Positions 24,528 through 35,368 of a stretch of 64,000 nt of DNA are shown here, piece after piece; position 1 is the stretch's first letter, and the number at the start of each line of letters is the position of its first letter. The notes beneath the pieces were generated by a model. That model was given only the letters and a program-made list of their open reading frames with translations. It ran no database searches and was not told the DNA's origin. The DNA is from Penicillus capitatus (lineage: Eukaryota; Plantae; Chlorophyta): the NCBI GenBank assembly GCA_965649825.1, contig OZ287705.1:768314-832313 (forward strand), given 5' to 3'. Both the position numbers and the translations under genes were made by a program.

Positions 24528-26907
24528 TTAGATGTCCAAGTCTAAGAGACCCAACTTTGATCCTTCCTCTTCGATGAGCTGTCTTCTGGGCTCCACTTTG
24601 TCACCCATCAGGACATTGAAGATGCGATCGGCTTCGGAAAAATCGTCAACTGTCAGTTTCCTCAGCACGCGTTTGTCCGGATTGAGCGTCGTGCTCCACA
24701 ACTCTTCGGGCATCATCTCTCCCAATCCCTTGAATCTTTGCACAGTAAATGCCGACGACTTCCTATTCTTGGTCACACTCTCCAGTTCTCGATCACTGTA
24801 ACAGTACTTTACGCCTCCCCGCACTCTAACCTTGTATAGGGGAGGCACAGCTACATAGACCTTGCCATACTCAAAGAGATATCGACGGAACCTAGATACC
24901 AAACCGCGGCTGTATTCCCACAAACGGTTTGTGTTCGACAGAAATGTGGACCTGTATAGGAAGGTTAGGAGAAGCGTTCGGATGTGAGCACCATCGACAT
25001 CAGCATCTGTCAGAATAATAATCTTGTCATATCGAAGCTTCTTGAGCTCGTCTTCTCCTTTCTGTTCCAGTCCAAGGGCAACCATGAGAGACGTTAGCTC
25101 TTTGTTTTTGTAGATCGATGCTTCATCGTTGCGCTCTGCATTCAGGATCTTTCCTCGGAGAGGTAGGACTGCTTGAAAACGACGATCTCTTCCCTGTTTG
25201 GTACTGCCACCAGCCGAATCGCCTTCGACGATAAATATCTCGCTTTCGTGCGAGGACTGATATGTGCAATCGGCCAGTTTGCCTAAATGGAAATGATTAC
25301 GTGTACAGTGGCCAAAATCCAAAGAGCTGCAAGCTCACCGGGCAATGTCGACTTTGTCAGCAGGCTTTTTGTGCGGACCAATTCTCGTGCCTTCTTCGCA
25401 GCCTCTGCAGCCCGTCGAGCATCGATAGCCTTTCCCACGATCTTTTGCAGAACAGACGGATCCAATTCAAGTGCGATTGTCAATTCCTTCACAAAACAAC
25501 CGACTGACTTCTTCATCTATTCTTTTCCCTGAATCTGACGTGACCTCAGAGACGATCTGGTCCACAATCTTGCGCACACGAGGATTGCCCAATCGCGTTT
25601 TCGTCTGTCCCTCGAATTCAGGATCCTTCACTTTGACAGACACAATCGCCACCAATCCTTCTCTTAAATAGTCTCCAGCCAAATTCGTTTCGCTCTCTTT
25701 GAGAAGACTGCTCTTTCGTGCCAGGCCATTCAGCGATCGTGTTAGGGCCGTTTTGAGTCCTTCGATATGCGTTCCGCCGTCCACAGTCTTGACTGTGTTG
25801 GCGAATCCGACCAAAGACTCTGAGAATATGTCAGAGCACCACTGCAAGGCAATGTCGACCTGGGACCATGTCTTCATCTGTCAGGCATCTGATCTGCCAG
25901 AAGGATGCGACATCACCTGAACATTCTCTAAAAATCGCGAGAAGTGGATGGTGGGATGCAGAGATGTTCTGTCACGAGTGAGCCATTCCACATATTCCTT
26001 CAAACCTCCTTCGTGGTGAAAGGACTTCCAAGCGTCATCACTCTCCCCTGATCCTTTGAATCGGTAATGCAATGTCATCGCACTGTTCAGAAAGGCAACC
26101 TCGCGAAAGCGATTGCGCAGCACAGTTGCACCAAACACAGCCGTGTCTGAAAAGATCTTTGAGTCATAACGAAAAGCCACCTAGATACCCACAACCGATA
26201 TCCCTTCCATCTTCAAGAACTCCCTGACAGACCATTGTTCCTGACCGAGTCGGCGGTTCCTGTTTGACGGATTTCATCTGAAAGAGGGGATGCCCTCGAG
26301 CATAGGACTGTGTGTAACGTCTGCTGTTTCGCCAGACAGTCACATCCAATCGCTCAGAGAGTGCATTGACAACAGAGAGTCCCACGCCATGGAGTCCTCC
26401 AGATATCGTGTATCCACTCCGATTCCCTCCAAATTTCCCTCCCGCATGCAGAACAGTCAGCACCGTCTCCAGTGCAGATTTCTTTGTCTGTGGGTGCTTT
26501 TCTGTTGGTATTCCTCGACCGTTGTCTGTGACGGAGACGGTCCCCGAGTCGAGATCGATGTCCAGATAGACTGTATCGGCATAGCCGGCTTGGACTTCGT
26601 CGATGGCGTTGTCCAGAACTTCATAGATCAAATGGTGCAGTCCTTTCTGACCTGTGCTGCCGATATACATTCCTGGCCGACGCCTTACTGGGTCGAGTCC
26701 CTCCAGTACCTGGATCTGATCGGCTGAGTATTTTGGGCCGGAACGGGAAGGGCTTTTGGCAGAATCGGCAGAAGCAGGCAACTCAATGACGTTTCGCACC
26801 ACCGACGTCCGACGAGACGGTCGACGCTGCAGAGTATGTCCTCCTGCAAACCGCGTCGAGATCGACGTCACCCGCATCCATGGGTTTCGTCTTACAAAAG
26901 ACAGCAT
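24528..26907 (-). CDS. GYRB: Organellar DNA gyrase subunit B with N-terminal transit peptide, multi-exon (ATG 26907 or 26877)
   Basis: [81 protein letters not shown]. Confidence 0.97.
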
Positions 26908-26917
26908 TCTGCATTCA

Positions 26918-27889
26918 TTAAACGCGCAGAATTTGAGCCATGTTATCGAAACAGATTGCAATCCAATCGGGTCGTCCAGCTGACCATTGCATCTGTATAA
27001 TCTCGGCCGATGCCGTGTAGGACAGAATAGGATCGAGATTACGTTCAGACGGACGTGTGATCCCCTTCAAATCCCAAATCAGTGCCTGGCCGTCATCTCC
27101 TGCTGTACAGATATGACAGGAGCTGTGCGGCGCCCAGGCAATGGCATTCACAAGTCCCTTGTGTTTTTCGAGTTCTGCTACGGGGAGTGATGGATATCGA
27201 GTGTCCAGAATCAACACATGCCGACTGTCCTTAGCAAGAGCAGCAAGATATCTCTCATCCTGTTGATTCCATGCCACACGAACAAACGATGTAGCCCTGT
27301 CTTCGTAAACGATCAATGGATTCATGATCTCTCGCATGTCGGAGATTCGGACGGAGCCATCAGCTGAGACCGTCGCAAAATGATGGTGCATACCACTCCA
27401 TGCGAGATCGTTCACTTCATCCTTGTGGATCGTCAGTCGTTTCTCCATCATCTGTCGCTCCACGTTCCAGATCATGCAACTGCGATCGATGGAACATGTT
27501 CCGATGTAAAGAGGATCTCTCCAGTCAAAGGAGGTCAGAGGTGCACTGTTGCAGGAGGAGATGAATGGGGCCTCTTCGATGAGGCCAGCATCGGTCGAGA
27601 TCTTCCACAGACGCAGGACATCGGATGTCGTGGCCAACAGATCAACGGCACTGGTGTTCGGGGCAAACATGACTTTGGTGGCTGGAAAGCCATGTTGTGT
27701 CCAAAGCCGTGGTTCAAAGTGAAAATTGCCGGTGCTCTCGTTGAGCTCCACCACCTCGATGAAATTGTCCTTGTCATGTTTGAAGGACCCGAGGGCAAGA
27801 CGAAAATCTTTCTGTGGCCGAGCACTCCAGTGCATGGCATAGACCGGTTCCGTAACATTGTATGTAAAAATCTCGGCACCTTCGTCCAT
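26918..27889 (-). CDS. DCAF7: WD40 protein of the DCAF7/WDR68/AN11/LWD family, intronless
   Basis: [64 protein letters not shown]-terminal QILRV*. Confidence 0.93.
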   Translation of the reverse strand: MDEGAEIFTYNVTEPVYAMHWSARPQKDFRLALGSFKHDKDNFIEVVELNESTGNFHFEPRLWTQHGFPATKVMFAPNTSAVDLLATTSDVLRLWKISTDAGLIEEAPFISSCNSAPLTSFDWRDPLYIGTCSIDRSCMIWNVERQMMEKRLTIHKDEVNDLAWSGMHHHFATVSADGSVRISDMREIMNPLIVYEDRATSFVRVAWNQQDERYLAALAKDSRHVLILDTRYPSLPVAELEKHKGLVNAIAWAPHSSCHICTAGDDGQALIWDLKGITRPSERNLDPILSYTASAEIIQMQWSAGRPDWIAICFDNMAQILRV

Positions 27890-27935
27890 GATGATAGAAG
27901 AACGTCTTGTCGGCAGATTCCCTTCAGTTGCAGCG

Positions 27936-29718
27936 ATGATGTACTACTGTCTGGGAAGGGGACGTCGACTAATACGCACACTATCGACCGTACCCGCTGT
28001 AAAGTTATTGATCGATGGCGAATTCCGACCCTCAGCCACCGACACCTTCCTCGATGTGCGCAATCCTGTACGTCTTTTCGATGTGGAGCAAAGTGAACGG
28101 AGATGTGATTTGTGGATGTCGTTAGGCAACACAGGAGATCGTTTCGCGCGTACCTCTGACAAAAACGGCAGAACTGGATGCGGCTGTGCGTTCAGCATCC
28201 ACAGCATTTGGAAAATGGAGTGCCGTTCCTCTACCCAAACGCATCCGTCGAATGCAGAAGCTCCTGCAGCTTATCGAAGATCACAAGGTATTTCTCCCAC
28301 TTCGACCCCTCATGCATTCAGCACTGATATCCGGCAGGAGGACTTGGCTCTTGCCGTCACACGGGAACATGGCAAGACCTTGGCAGATGCACGGGGCGAT
28401 GTCTTCCGAGGAACAGGTCCGTCGATTGCCGAATGAGCCAAGGAGGAAATGCGTTAGAGAGATGTGTCTGTCTACGCAGAGGTGGTCGAGATGACCACAG
28501 GACTGGGTCATCTGCTGAAGGGGGAGTATTTGGAGAATCTGGCCAGCGATATCGATTGTTATTCTTACAAACAACCGCTGGGTGTATGCAGCGGCATCTG
28601 TCCAAACAATTTTCCAGCCATGGTCCCGCTCTGGATGTTTCCCATTGCCCTCACCTGCGGCAACACTTTCATTCTGAAACCTTCTGAACTCGTACCGGGT
28701 GCTTCTATGATACTGGCAGAACTGGCACTCAAGGCTGACATCCCAAAGTGCCATTCGTTTGCCAATGATGACCCACATGTTGACGATTCTTTTGTACGTC
28801 AGGGGCGTGCTGAACGTCATCCATGGTGGCAAAGAGATCGTTCAGGCCATCTGCGACCATCCTGACGTCGCCTCTGTCTCCATCGTGGGATCGTCTGCTG
28901 TCGGACGACATGTCTATCAACGTGCATGTGCCACCGGAAAGCGTGTTCAGGCAAACATGGGTGCCAAGAACCACGCAATCATTCTCCCAGATGCCAACGT
29001 GGAACAGACAGCTAAGGCGCTGGTTGGCGCTGGGTATGGAGCAGCGGGGCAGAGATGCATGGCAATCTCAGTTGCTGTGTTCGTGGGAGGGATCGACAAA
29101 TTCAGAGATGCACTGATCAACCATGCCTCTTCACTCAAGGTTGGATCCGGCATGGACGATAACGTCGATTTGGGACCCATCATCACCAAAGGCTCAATGA
29201 AACGCATTCGAGAGATCATTGCCACGGCTGTTGCCAATGGCTGCGATTGCCCCCTTAACGGTTCCAACATCACTGTCCCAGACTTTCCAGATGGGAACTT
29301 TATTGGCCCGACGCTTCTGACGGGTGTCACATCCGACATGCCCTGCTACAAGGAAGAGATATTCGGACCCGTTCTCTGTTGTATGGAAGCAGGCAGTTTG
29401 GATGAGGCAATCAGAATCGTGAATGCCAATCCCTATGGCAATGGCACTGCCATTTTCACTGACTCCGGTGCTGCCGCCAGGGTGTTTCAACAGAGAGTCG
29501 ATGTTGGGATGGTGGGCGTCAATATTCCCATTCCTGTTCCGCTGCCCTATTTTTCATTTACTGGATGGAGGGAATCGATGTATGGAGATCTGCCCATGTA
29601 CGGCAAAGCATCTGTGGATTTCTTCACCCGTACCAAAACAGTCACAGCCAAATGGCAGTCCTCCGTCGATTCCGGAGGGGTTCGGATTCCGGGATTGGAC
29701 AAAGTGGGAGCCTCATGA
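27936..29718 (+). CDS. ALDH6A1: Methylmalonate-semialdehyde dehydrogenase (acylating), mitochondrial, multi-exon
   Basis: [14 protein letters not shown]|[67 protein letters not shown]. Confidence 0.96.
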
Positions 29719-29782
29719 AGAGAGAGGCGTTTTGATTTGCATTCCGTCCATCCATTCGATTTTGCGAATCGCGCGACCACAC

Positions 29783-31045
29783 ATGGGAAAACTCGCGGAG
29801 ATTTTAGCGCACCCAGATGAGTTTCTACCCATGTTGCGGATGTACCTCGTGGCACAGAGCGTAAAGAAATTGCCGAAGGACCCAGACTTGGCGTTCTGTT
29901 TCAATATCTTGAATTCCGTTTCCAGAAGTTTTTCTGTTGTGATCTATCAACTGCCGGACGAGCTGCGCGACGTCGTCTGCGTCTTCTATCTCGTCCTCCG
30001 TGCTCTTGATACCGTTGAAGATGACATGCACATCCCCATCAGCGAAAAGGTCGCGCATCTGAAGGTTTTTCACGAGCACATCAGAGATCCATCTTTTTCT
30101 CTGGACTATGGCACCGATCACTATCAGCGTCTTCTCAGAGACTTTCCAAAAGTCAACAGAATATTACTCTCCTTTTCCGAAAATCAACAGCAAGTCATCT
30201 GTGACATTACCAAGCGCATGGGAGAAGGAATGGCAGATTTTATAGAGAAAGAGATCGAAACCGTCGAAGAGTATGATACGTACTGCTTCTATGTGGCAGG
30301 ATTGGTTGGCGTGGGTCTGTCCAAACTCTTTGCCTACTCAAAGCTAGAAACGGAGAAGATCGTGTTGGAAACAGAGTATTCGAGACACATGGGTCTCTTT
30401 CTGCAGAAGACGAATATTATTAGAGACTATTTGGAGGATATCATGGAAGAGCCGAAACCACGGATGTTCTGGCCAAAAGAGATCTGGCATCTGTATGCTG
30501 AGAAGCTGGAAGACTTTAAACGACCCACTCATCGTGCAAAGGCGCTGCAATGTCTCAACCACATGATTACTGATAGTCTACGTCATGTGCCATTCTGTTT
30601 TGAGTATCTGAAGGAGCTGCAGATGAAAGATGTCTTCAGATTCTGTGCCATTCCTCAAGTGATGGCCATTGCAACGGCAGCACTGTGCTTTGATAATGGC
30701 GGCGTATTTGAAGGGGTTGTGAAGGTGAGAAGGGGAGAGACCTGCAAAATCTTCCAGGATGTTCAGTCCATGGCCGATATCTATCGCCTGTTTCATGATC
30801 ACACAGAAAGAATTGCCAAGAAGATACCGGCAGCCGAAATGGACGTCCAAATGCGACGCGTCGCATCCAGAACGGTGGAAGAGATAAAGAAATTGTGCGC
30901 AGCGGGATTGGGAGGCCATTCACCTTCACCTCAGATCACGATGTCTGGCATTCTTATTCTTGTCCTCTTGTCCATCTTTTTGGTTATCTTCACGCGCTTT
31001 CTCTACAACCCCGAAACAGACAAGTTGCATTCTAACGAGTTCTAA
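29783..31045 (+). CDS. SQS: Squalene synthase, intronless, 420 aa, C-terminal TM anchor
   Basis: MGKLAEILAHPDE, VSRSFSVVI, YLVLRALDTVEDD, YCFYVAGLVG, MGLFLQKTNIIRDYLED, FCAIPQVMAIAT. Confidence 0.98.
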   Translation: MGKLAEILAHPDEFLPMLRMYLVAQSVKKLPKDPDLAFCFNILNSVSRSFSVVIYQLPDELRDVVCVFYLVLRALDTVEDDMHIPISEKVAHLKVFHEHIRDPSFSLDYGTDHYQRLLRDFPKVNRILLSFSENQQQVICDITKRMGEGMADFIEKEIETVEEYDTYCFYVAGLVGVGLSKLFAYSKLETEKIVLETEYSRHMGLFLQKTNIIRDYLEDIMEEPKPRMFWPKEIWHLYAEKLEDFKRPTHRAKALQCLNHMITDSLRHVPFCFEYLKELQMKDVFRFCAIPQVMAIATAALCFDNGGVFEGVVKVRRGETCKIFQDVQSMADIYRLFHDHTERIAKKIPAAEMDVQMRRVASRTVEEIKKLCAAGLGGHSPSPQITMSGILILVLLSIFLVIFTRFLYNPETDKLHSNEF

Positions 31046-31142
31046 GCGGAATTGGGGTGTTTGTTGGACGATTGGATCTGTGCATTGTTCGAGATGACGT
31101 ATTCCATTCCCTCTCTTCTCATTCTTCAGCACAATCGCCACG

Positions 31143-32564
31143 ATGCAGATGCATCTCTGTCATCAGCGACATGCGCTGCGCATTCAGTCTAGACGGACTC
31201 GAGCTTCCGTCGGATGCAAACGGGGCAAGATCCGTCGACGACATTTGGTACGAGCAGCGCCGACAAAGACACAGGGGAAACAGAAAACTGCCGTGCTCTC
31301 CGAGACCACCTCCTTTGCCCCGGCCACTGTGGCCAATTTCGGACCAGGATTCGATTGGCTCGGCTGCGCTGTCGAGGTGCAAAGAAATACTCTCCATCGA
31401 TCTTGACTGGCACCATCTATGGACGGCAGGGTGACGGCGATATCGTTGTTGCCGAAGCCATGGAAGAAAAAGGCGTGCGTATATCATCGATAGAAGGAGA
31501 GGGAGGGAGACTGCCGTTGAATGCGTCGAAGAACTGTGTGGGAATCGCAGCATCCGCCGTTTTGAAGAAGATCGGAGCTGAACATGGAGTCTCACTCAAA
31601 TTAAAGAAGGCAAAGAGTGACGACCACGAATTTGAGATCTGAGGCTATGATCGGTGTCTGTCTGCTTGTCTGCAGGGGTTGCCATTGGGCAGCGGATTGG
31701 GCTCGAGTGCTGCCAGCTCCGCAGCTGGGGCACACGCCGTTAACAGTCTTTTTGGCAATCCGCTCACCAAAGAAGATCTCATTCTTTCAGGTCGCGTCAC
31801 ACTTTTGCATCTTCGTCCTTGGAAGCTTGTTTGTGCGAGAGACAGGACTCGTAGCTGAAGGTGCCGTCAGTGGATATCATGCCGACAACATTGCTCCAGC
31901 CATCCTTGGTGGATTCGTGATGATTCGGTACACTCCCAGATCGATTGGGCGTGGATGTATTGTGTAAGTGGAGAACAGGAGCATGAAACCTGTAAAGGTC
32001 GAGAGATTGCACTGTCCAACGACGTTGTGTTTTGCATTGGTGACACCGAAGTTCGAGGCACCGACAGCAAAGATGCGAGCCGTGCTGCCAAAACAGATAC
32101 CCATGAAAGACTTCATTCACAACTGTTGCATGGCTGGACTCATGGTGAAGGATGTCACGAATGTGTATCATCAGCAACAGATGTCTCTTGTATATGCAGT
32201 TGAGCGGTATTCATGAAGGCGATCCCGAAAAGATTGGTGCTGCCCTCAATGCCGAGGCTGTTATCGAACCTGTGAGGGGACCGCTCATTCCTGGCTTCAA
32301 TGCCGTAAAGGAGGCAGCACTGTCGGCGGGTTCTTTGTCATCCACTGTTGTCTGTTGTGGTTCATGAATCCATGTGTTCCAGGTGCCTTTGGCTGTACCA
32401 TTAGTGGAGCCGGTCCAACCATTCTGGCCATCGTCGAGAACAAGACATCTGGTGAAGCAGTGACCGAAGCCATGTCTTCGGCATTTAAAGAAAGCGGACG
32501 TTTACAGATTCAAAAGTCAAAGATCGTGCACATCGATATGGTGGGTACACGATCTGTGAGATAG
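31143..32564 (+). CDS. HSK: Homoserine kinase (GHMP family), plastid-targeted, multi-exon
   Basis: FAPATVANFGPGFDWLGCAVE, KKGLPLGSGLGSSAAS, HADNIAPAILGGF, IEPVRGPLIPGF, GCTISGAGPT. Confidence 0.95.
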
Positions 32565-32763
32565 TTTCATATGTACAAGCCCACGGTTGTTTAATCGTCT
32601 AAGCCTCCTCTTGGCAGTACTATCTTAATGTCCAAACAAGCACACACAAACATATAAACATATAAACCATTGAGGAGAGATCGTGTTGCTCAAGAACAAC
32701 AACAACTACAACTCGGAAAGACATACGAATCGATTCCGATGCTCCCATCTGGGCATCGACAAA

Positions 32764-34991
32764 TTAAACTTGACTGAAAAAACGCTCCAGTTCTCTCAAT
32801 TCATTACGCGCCTGGCGATTGTTTGGTTCAATCAAGCACACCTACAAGGACATGCCTCCTCATCCCATTCGCCTTTATGAGAGTGATAGACAGACCTTCT
32901 CAAAGTCTCCAACAGCCTCCACACACATTCCCAGCTTCTTACGAGCACACCCCCTGCGCAGTAGTGCTTTGGCGTTATGAGGATCAATGACCAGTGCCTT
33001 GGAGCAGTCCTCTTCTGCAAACTCGTATTCTCCAAGCATCAGATTGGCTGCAGCTCTGTTGCTGTAGTAGTTTGCCTTGTAAGGACATTGTCTGATGGCT
33101 TCAGAGTAAGCAACGACGGCCGTCTCGTAATCCGAATCCCTGTAATGCTTGTTGCCAGTTTCTTTCCATTTCTCACCCTCGATCTCTGCCTCGGACAGTC
33201 TCTGGGCGGCATGGGGAGACGGATGAAGATTCGCGTCGTGCTTATGCGCTGCCCGCAATATAGCCGCATCCAACATTCGATGCGTTGATGGAATGAGTTT
33301 TTCACTGATGGCAAGAAGTTCCTTGTCGGTCTTGTTCAAAGAAAGCAATGAAACGGAGTATAGATCTCCAGACTTGTTGTGAACGGGGAATACCAATTGC
33401 GGACACCCCACAAGAGAAGCTAACGCATGCAATTTCTGCGCTTCTCTCTCAAATTGCTTCAACTCGGAGTCAGGAGCATTTCTGCGCGGAGGCGGGCGCA
33501 GTAAAGCCGGCAAAATCACAAGCTTGCTCTCCCTAATCCCCGATTTAAACGCCGTCTGCAGATCACGACGTAAGTCCAATGCCTCATGATACCTCCTTGC
33601 CTCTTCCTAATCATCAACGCCCTCCGCATAAGGCAGAGTGGCTGAGAACAAGACATACAGATGTATCGTCTGTCGTTCCGTTATTCTCTTTCACGATCTT
33701 GCATTTTAGTTCGAAGCCTGCAATGATGCTCGCTGCAATGCTCAGTGCTTCGTAAACGTCTTCCGAATCAAATTTCTCCCATCCTCTGGCACACTGCATG
33801 AGGAACTCGCCCAAGTCCACCTCCTCCCCCTGATCTTCCCCCGCCCATTTTAGAGCCGCCTTCGAAATCGCATCCACCATTTCAGCTCCGTCCGCCTCGA
33901 TCCATGTCTTAAAGAGATCTTCTGCAAAATACACGCTGACGATATCTCTTTGCCAGCTTGGCATTCCAGGCAGATCCAACATCTCGCCGATTCGGGTGAG
34001 ATATGGATGCTTCTTCACCGTGAATGAGACAGTATCGAGGGCATCCGATTTGAAAGAAATACCCTGGAGCAAGATGGAGCCATAAGTGGGCTTGAATCCG
34101 ATCACACCGCAGCAGGCAGCTGCAATCTGCAAACGCACAATGCGTACATGTTAAAGGATAGAGAGTAGAGAAGCAGGTTTTACTCTGGGTCCCCCAACCG
34201 TGTCTACAGCGAGGGCAAAATCTGCCAAAGACGCACGGACAATAATCGCACAGCCAGAATATTCACCACCAGCAATCGTTCCTGCTTTTTCGGGATTTCG
34301 AAAAGTCTCAGCTCCACATTCCACCAAACTAATGCACACGTCCACTCACACATGACGCATCTCATCTCACACAAAAAGAGTGACTTGAAAGGGATGGGCT
34401 CTGTATGGGCCTTCCCCAGACATCGAGCGCCCGCTCGCAACAACTGATCAACCACTTGACAGCCATCGTCCACAAAACAGAGACACCTCTTCCACTCTTC
34501 TCGAATCTTGTTTGCCTCGATGAAATCGAGTTTAAAACTGCACAAAAACCATCGCGCACTGGACGAAGCGGATAGCACTGTTCTTACTCTTCCGGCACAA
34601 CGAAGGAGAGATTCAAGTCGGGAGATGGCATTCCCCGTCGGCCAGGCATCTTTCGTGTAGGGGTGTCAGGCAAACGGAGAACGAATACTCGACTTGGCTG
34701 CAGCTCGCGGCGAGAATCATCTCCTCTGACGGCATTCAGTATTCGTTGCACCGTAAAGTACACCGCCGTCACAGCAAAGACAGCAACGCTAATGATAAAG
34801 GGAACGCGCGAGCCATCATCTTCGTTCTCGACCGGCTCGTCCCGTGGGTCGCCGAGAAAATAGACGTCATCTGTCCGTGGCGCATCTCCGTCCAGACTCC
34901 CGAGGTCCGCTGCATCGTAAGGTCGGGATGGACCTGCTTCGTCTGGAGGTGGACGTCTATTGCGTCGCGCTCTTTGACGAAAGAATCCCAT
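32764..34991 (-). CDS. TOC64: TOC64/OM64-like protein: TM segment, amidase-like domain, three TPRs; multi-exon
   Basis: TM FIISVAVFAVTAVYF. Amidase-like LLRAGARCLGK, DTVGGPR|IAAACCGVIGFKPTYG. TPR KETGNKHYR..AYSEAI..YYSNRAAANL..KALLRRG. Last exon IEPNNRQARNEL. Confidence 0.85.
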
Positions 34992-35368
34992 TGCAAGGCA
35001 GCCGCGAATATCTCAATTCTGATGATGATGCGGCTGTCTGCTATAAAGAAGCAACGGTTAGATCAGACGACACGGAACGTCCATCCGATAACAGACGCCA
35101 AGACAGGAAGGGATCATCCCTGCCGGCAATGAAGAGACCACATGACTCTTCCGTCCATCTCTATTCCCGTAACGCCTGCCTCTCTAGCCAAACAGCATGT
35201 AAGAACAGTAAGCATAGTGTATGTATGGTTCATAACATCTTTTGATGTGAAACACTCTTGTCCACATCTTTTGCGGCTAAGACCGAGTTAATAATCATAC
35301 ACCCCCTCTTCATTGCTTGCGCCTTAGCGCTTTTATCTCAAACAGAAAGGTAGAAGTCAATGTGCTTC

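Noticed and set aside
29423-29782. 120-aa N-terminal extension of squalene synthase in the ORF track
   Set aside because: It overlaps the ALDH6 coding sequence in another frame. The family-typical start MGKL..HPDE is at 29783.
21335-30919. Many 60-240 aa ORFs antisense to or overlapping DHX8, GYRB, DCAF7, ALDH6 and SQS
   Set aside because: They are shadow frames of confidently identified genes.
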